Assembly: GCF_006345805.1 (NCBI RefSeq)
Contig: NW_021826732.1
Location: forward strand, 1 to 12,094
Direction: 5' to 3'
Origin: Octopus sinensis
Taxonomy: Eukaryota
DNA: 12,094 bases
Shown here: piece by piece, positions 7,604-12,094 of the stretch
How positions within the stretch are numbered: position 1 is the first letter of the stretch
How the letters are laid out: each line of letters starts with the position of its first letter
Program-made: the position numbers and the translations under genes
Notes under the pieces: generated by a model
The model's input: the letters and a program-made list of their open reading frames with translations, nothing else
What the model was told of the DNA's origin: nothing
The model's database searches: none

Positions 7604-7614
7604 CACCTGCGCCT

Positions 7615-7617
7615 TTA

Positions 7618-7656
<39 letters not shown>

Positions 7657-7668
7657 TATATATATAAA
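7615..7668. repeat. (TA)n microsatellite
   Basis: Read directly from the sequence. Confidence 0.9.
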
Positions 7669-8084
7669 CTAAAAAAAAATAGATATACCAACACAGAAAT
7701 AGATCTTGTGCAAGTCTTTGAGACACAAATGTGAATCATTTGTCGCAGCAACCCGCATTGTTAAAGCTAGGCTCAGTTGAGCCTTGGTTTTTTCTGTCAC
7801 ATGTAATGTAATGTAAGGACTGTAGTATGCAACAAACCATCGACATTAGACTAACCGATGAGCTAACTTCCACCAGCAAGTGGATATACATAGGAATTGA
7901 CAAGGAAACAGTCTTCAATGACGTAGAAATGCTGATTTGTTCGTTAGACAGGAAAACGTCAAGAATTGTTACGAAATTCTGACACATTAAAAATGTTTGA
8001 AGCAATAATGTGAGAACGTTCATTAAATAGACACACTTGTATAAACCTGCGCAAATATGCGTGCATTTAAGAATGTGTTATTGT

Positions 8085-8354
8085 GCCTGCATGTATGTTT
8101 GCATGTATGTGCACTGACATACGCACACACACAGAGGCATATATATATATACATATATATATATATGTATACACACACACATGCAAATTTATATATATAT
8201 ACATACGGTGCAGATACAAACCCAATGTGCGTATCAGCGTATATATATGTATATATATATATATAATATATATATATATTATATATCTATATTATATGGG
8301 AGCAGATACAAACACAAGTGAGTGTGTGAGCGTATATATATGTATAATATTATC

Positions 8355-8439
<85 letters not shown>

Positions 8440-8630
8440 GTGATAGAAAGAGAAAGAGAAAGAGAGAGAGAAGGGGAGAGTCATTCACAGACATACGTAT
8501 CTGTTTTGCTGTGCACATATATGCATACATGTGCATCTACATATCTACATGTGTATTTATATCTATCCACACGCACCCCCACACGCGCACACGCACATGC
8601 ATCCGCACCTTCACGCATGCACAACAACTT
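8085..8630. repeat. Compound TA/CA/GT/GA microsatellite region
   Basis: Read directly from the sequence. It is the source of the spurious 262-aa ORF. Confidence 0.88.
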
Positions 8631-8672
8631 GTATAAGACTTGTAAATTTACTCCATACATTTCCTTTCAACC

Positions 8673-8740
8673 TTATATTTCTTTCTTCTTCTTTCTCACT
8701 TTATATTCTTTCTTCTTCTTTCTCACTTTATATTCTCTCA
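8673..8740 (+). repeat. 27-28-bp pyrimidine-rich minisatellite, about 2.4 copies
   Basis: ttatatt(t)ctttcttcttctttctcact at 8673-8700 and 8701-8727, with a partial third unit. Confidence 0.85.
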
Positions 8741-9108
8741 CCACATATTCATTCTTTTTACTTAAATTTCGTTCGTTGTTTCTACATTCAGCTTCATTTT
8801 TATCGGTTCCTTTCCTCACTTTCATCCATTATTTATTTAGTCATTCATTTTTGTTTTATTCGGTTATTTAATTCCTGTCTTGTTTTCTTTTCCCAGACGA
8901 AAATAGCATTCTCTTAAATATGTGTAAAGTAATTAGAATTTTCTCTGTCAGGATATTTCAGTTTTAACCAAACTCTTTCCATTTATTTGGCAGGGAAGTG
9001 TCAATATAACTCAGTATCTTCCTATATATCACAGTACTATTGCCGCTTAAAACGATCCACGAATTAAATGTTTACAGATACAGGAATGATTGAAGAGAGA
9101 TGACTTAC

Positions 9109-9131
9109 ATTTTATATACATCGTCAGCCAT
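9109..9131 (-). other. Candidate start-codon micro-exon (MADDVYK + phase-2 donor)
   Basis: Minus strand reads gaaacaaaATGGCTGACGATGTATATAAAAT|GTAAGT: an ATG in a good start context followed by a consensus GTAAGT. The exonic -1 base (T) is non-optimal and no homology is recognised. Confidence 0.22.
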
Positions 9132-9164
9132 TTTGTTTCAATACAGAATATTGGCGAGGAATAC

Positions 9165-9247
9165 ATACAAAACACACATGCTCACAGAACGGCATATATA
9201 CATACATCTGTATGTATGTACATATGTATATATGTATAGACATGTAA

Positions 9248-9279
<32 letters not shown>

Positions 9280-9632
9280 AGATAGATAGATAGATAGATA
9301 GATCTATGTATGTATATGTATAGATATATACAGGTGTGCGTATGAGCGCGAGTGAGTGTATATGCATGGATCCCAACATGAATGCACACACCATATACGC
9401 ATACAGAAAGCATATACACATATACATAAGCAAGAAACACACAAACATTCATATGCACAGGTATTTGTATACACAGTCCATGTATATGTATGTGTATATG
9501 CATATATATGTATATATAAATATATAATATATAAATAAATAAGCACATGCACGTATATATATGCATATATATTTATATATATATACATATTCTTATATAT
9601 ATATATATAATTATATATATATATATATATAT
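9165..9632. repeat. Compound TA/GATA/TACA microsatellite region
   Basis: Read directly from the sequence. Confidence 0.88.
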
Positions 9633-9899
9633 AACGTTTCGTGAATTTGTTAAACACCTGCTGCTATTTAATTAAATTGGAGACCGATATTACATGCAAA
9701 TACATGCATCCATTGCTTTGTGCACATATATGCATTGCAATACACAAATACACATTGCTGTAAGTGATCCTTAAAGATGGCCACGTGAGGGCGTGTAAAA
9801 AAAAGGCACACAAAACTAGTCATGTGATGTTTATGCTTTCGAGTATTGCCAAAATGATCTTTAAGGTTTAGCGCTTTTTACCAGAATCTTCTTTTTTCC

Positions 9900-10175
<276 letters not shown>

Positions 10176-10239
10176 TTCAATAATAATAATAAGGGTAAAA
10201 TTAATTAATTAATTATTAATTAATAATTTCACCAAGTAG

Positions 10240-10260
10240 TGATATATACCTGTCTCTCTG

Positions 10261-10318
<58 letters not shown>

Positions 10319-10520
10319 ATCTATCTATCTATCTATCTATCTAGCTGTCTGTCTGTCTGTCTGTCTGTCCCTCTTTCCTAGCTTTCTCTCTCACTCGCTC
10401 TCTCACTCTCTCTATATATACATATATGCCTACATATATGCGTACGTACATACATACATACACACATACATACATACATACAAACATACATAAATATATA
10501 CATTCATACATACATACGTA
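10240..10520. repeat. (TATC)n/(GTCT)n/(CT)n/(TACA)n microsatellite
   Basis: Read directly from the sequence. Confidence 0.9.
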
Positions 10521-10790
10521 TAGTGTCGCACGAAGCAGTATCGAAGAAAATACATTCGTGCAAAGTCATATTTAAACAATTATGAAGTTGAAGTATATTG
10601 GGACATGACAAAAGACTCTAGTTGCAGAAATAATGTAGGGAGACATTTCTCCACCCAGTCATGTGTGAAAACACAATTTTGGGGTGTTGTGTGTGACGTC
10701 TATGGAACGGTGGAGATATGCGATTGTGTGTCATTCCACTTTGATTTGGAAACCAAACGTGTCTTTTACAGCCCGTATATGTACGAGTAA

Positions 10791-11196
10791 TCTATATATA
10801 TAAAAGTGAGGTTGTGTGGTGTCTGTCTCCTACGATTTAGATTCCTAACTACTCCCACATTTTGCGGTGCAGTGTAACCAAAAGCGGATATCTTATAGTC
10901 GTGATTCATATCGAGCCCTTCTGGGTATTAGCGCGCGTCTACGACGAGTCTACGACGAGTCTACGATTAAAAAGAAAATTACCATCATTTTTTCCATTTT
11001 TACTGCATTTTTTTTGCTATTATATAAGGGAAGTAACTCTCTAAAAATTTATTATTAAATCTCAGAACGTAAAAAATACAGTAACACCCCCTTTGTGGTT
11101 AGTCATATTGAGATGGCTATTATACTTTACATCTCTAAAAATGCTTATATAGTTATTTCCCTTACAAACTCGAGCAACGCTGGGCGATATTGCTAG
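10791..11196 (+). mobile_element. Non-autonomous Helitron (406 bp), apparently complete
   Basis: 5' end TCTATATATATAAAA; 3' end gcaacgctgggcgatattgCTAG with a subterminal GC hairpin; inserted between A (10790) and T (11197) with no TSD; short gtctgtct motif near the 5' end. These match the established Helitron terminal rules (5'-TC, CTRR-3', A|T target). Confidence 0.82.
10937..10966 (+). repeat. 11-bp tandem repeat (gtctacgacga x2.7) inside the Helitron
   Basis: gtctacgacga gtctacgacga gtctacga, read directly. Confidence 0.9.
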
Positions 11197-11904
11197 TTCT
11201 TATTAAAATAGCACACTGAATATTTACTGATATGCGTAACGCTCGATGAAGCTGGAATTAGATTAAGCCGTACGAAGCAGTGTTAAGTAATAATAATGCC
11301 CGATTAGAGTCGAATTTAATACAGTCGAATGTATTCTCACGCGGTAAATCCTCTAGCTGCGGAGATAATAGTCTGTCTGGACAAGTGTGAAAACAGATAT
11401 CTTCTTGTTGTACTATCTTTGAGACTATTCTGGCTGTGAATATTAGATTTGGTTTTTGTAACTAATGAAGGTGAGTGACTCTGTAACGCATGCAAGCTAC
11501 GATCGAATGACGCTAACCGCAGTTCCCAAAATGAGGTGCCACTCATGCATATGTAGAAAATTTACGTCTTCAACTACTTCTGCAGCTAAAGGTCTTACCA
11601 TGTCAGAATAGAAAAAAAGTGGTATGCAACTTATTCTGGGACGTGAAATCACATCTCCTGCAAACATGACTGGCTTTCTACCATTGAACCAAAGCATTCC
11701 TACATACGAATTTGTCGATTTTAGGGACGTTCTTCTTTGCTTCGAAAGTTGCAAGTTGTTGATTCTCGAGTGAACGTGAAAGAATTCTTTTTTTTGTAAC
11801 AGTGAAACTCAAAGCAGATGAAATAATAGTATTAATAGTGTATATGCAAGCTTTTGATTCCAAAAAACCTATTTGGATAGTAAACTTCGAAAGCAGTCAA
11901 CAAT

Positions 11905-11907
11905 ACA

Positions 11908-11994
<87 letters not shown>

Positions 11995-12094
11995 GTATGT
12001 ATGCATGTATGTATGTATGTATGTATGTATGTATGTATGTATGTATGTATGTATCTATATGTCTATTTGTCTGTCTTTCTATGTATGTATGTCA
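11905..12094. repeat. (TATC)n switching to (TATG)n microsatellite
   Basis: Read directly from the sequence; it runs to the window end. Confidence 0.95.

Noticed and set aside
7812-7982. Plus-strand frame CKDCSMQ...KWIYIGIDKE..., reminiscent of the GIY-YIG CxxC...YIG motif
   Set aside because: The spacing between CKDC and YIG is about 20 residues rather than the few expected, and there is no following TxR motif. The overlapping 95-aa minus-strand ORF is also unrecognisable.
8865-8930. Strong plus-strand acceptor (CAG 8894-8896) with possible donor gtaatt at 8929
   Set aside because: It lies at the end of a long low-complexity pyrimidine tract where such matches are expected, and the 32-nt exon has no supporting feature.
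9769-9866. 10-bp inverted repeat (ccttaaagat / atctttaagg) suggesting a MITE
   Set aside because: No TSD, no extension of the repeat, and no second copy in the window.
10937-10966. Short direct repeats as a possible CRISPR-like array
   Set aside because: The units are contiguous with no spacers, they sit inside a Helitron, and the context is eukaryotic.
11497-11754. Minus-strand ORF segment FNGRKPVMFAGD resembling PIF1/Helitron helicase FGGK...GD
   Set aside because: The following FRQxxPV and preceding DE motifs are absent, so the similarity is too short to support.

Overview
AT-rich, non-coding eukaryotic DNA. Roughly 40% (my tally of tract lengths) is compound microsatellite (TA, CA/GT, TACA, TATC, CT and trinucleotide units), interleaved with nine tRNA-derived SINE copies or fragments from three families (here A, B, C). 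From recall these resemble the octopus OK/OR-type SINEs, so the source is probably an octopod cephalopod; I could not verify this by search. No protein-coding gene is recognisable, and the long ORFs in the track are artefacts of stop-free dinucleotide repeats. Most notable: (1) a minimal type I hammerhead ribozyme motif on the minus strand (3907-3962) with a palindromic helix III, the architecture associated with Penelope-like retroelements; (2) an apparently nested structure in which one old SINE (2746-4672) is split at its central microsatellite by a younger SINE and the ribozyme-bearing fragment; (3) a SINE with an internal tandem duplication inside an 18-bp target-site duplication; (4) a SINE inserted into the 5' tip of another SINE; (5) a complete 406-bp non-autonomous Helitron; (6) a stem-loop module shared by two SINE families. 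Weak hints of a minus-strand gene (a start micro-exon at 9131-9109 and a phase-compatible acceptor at 1549) are reported at low confidence.
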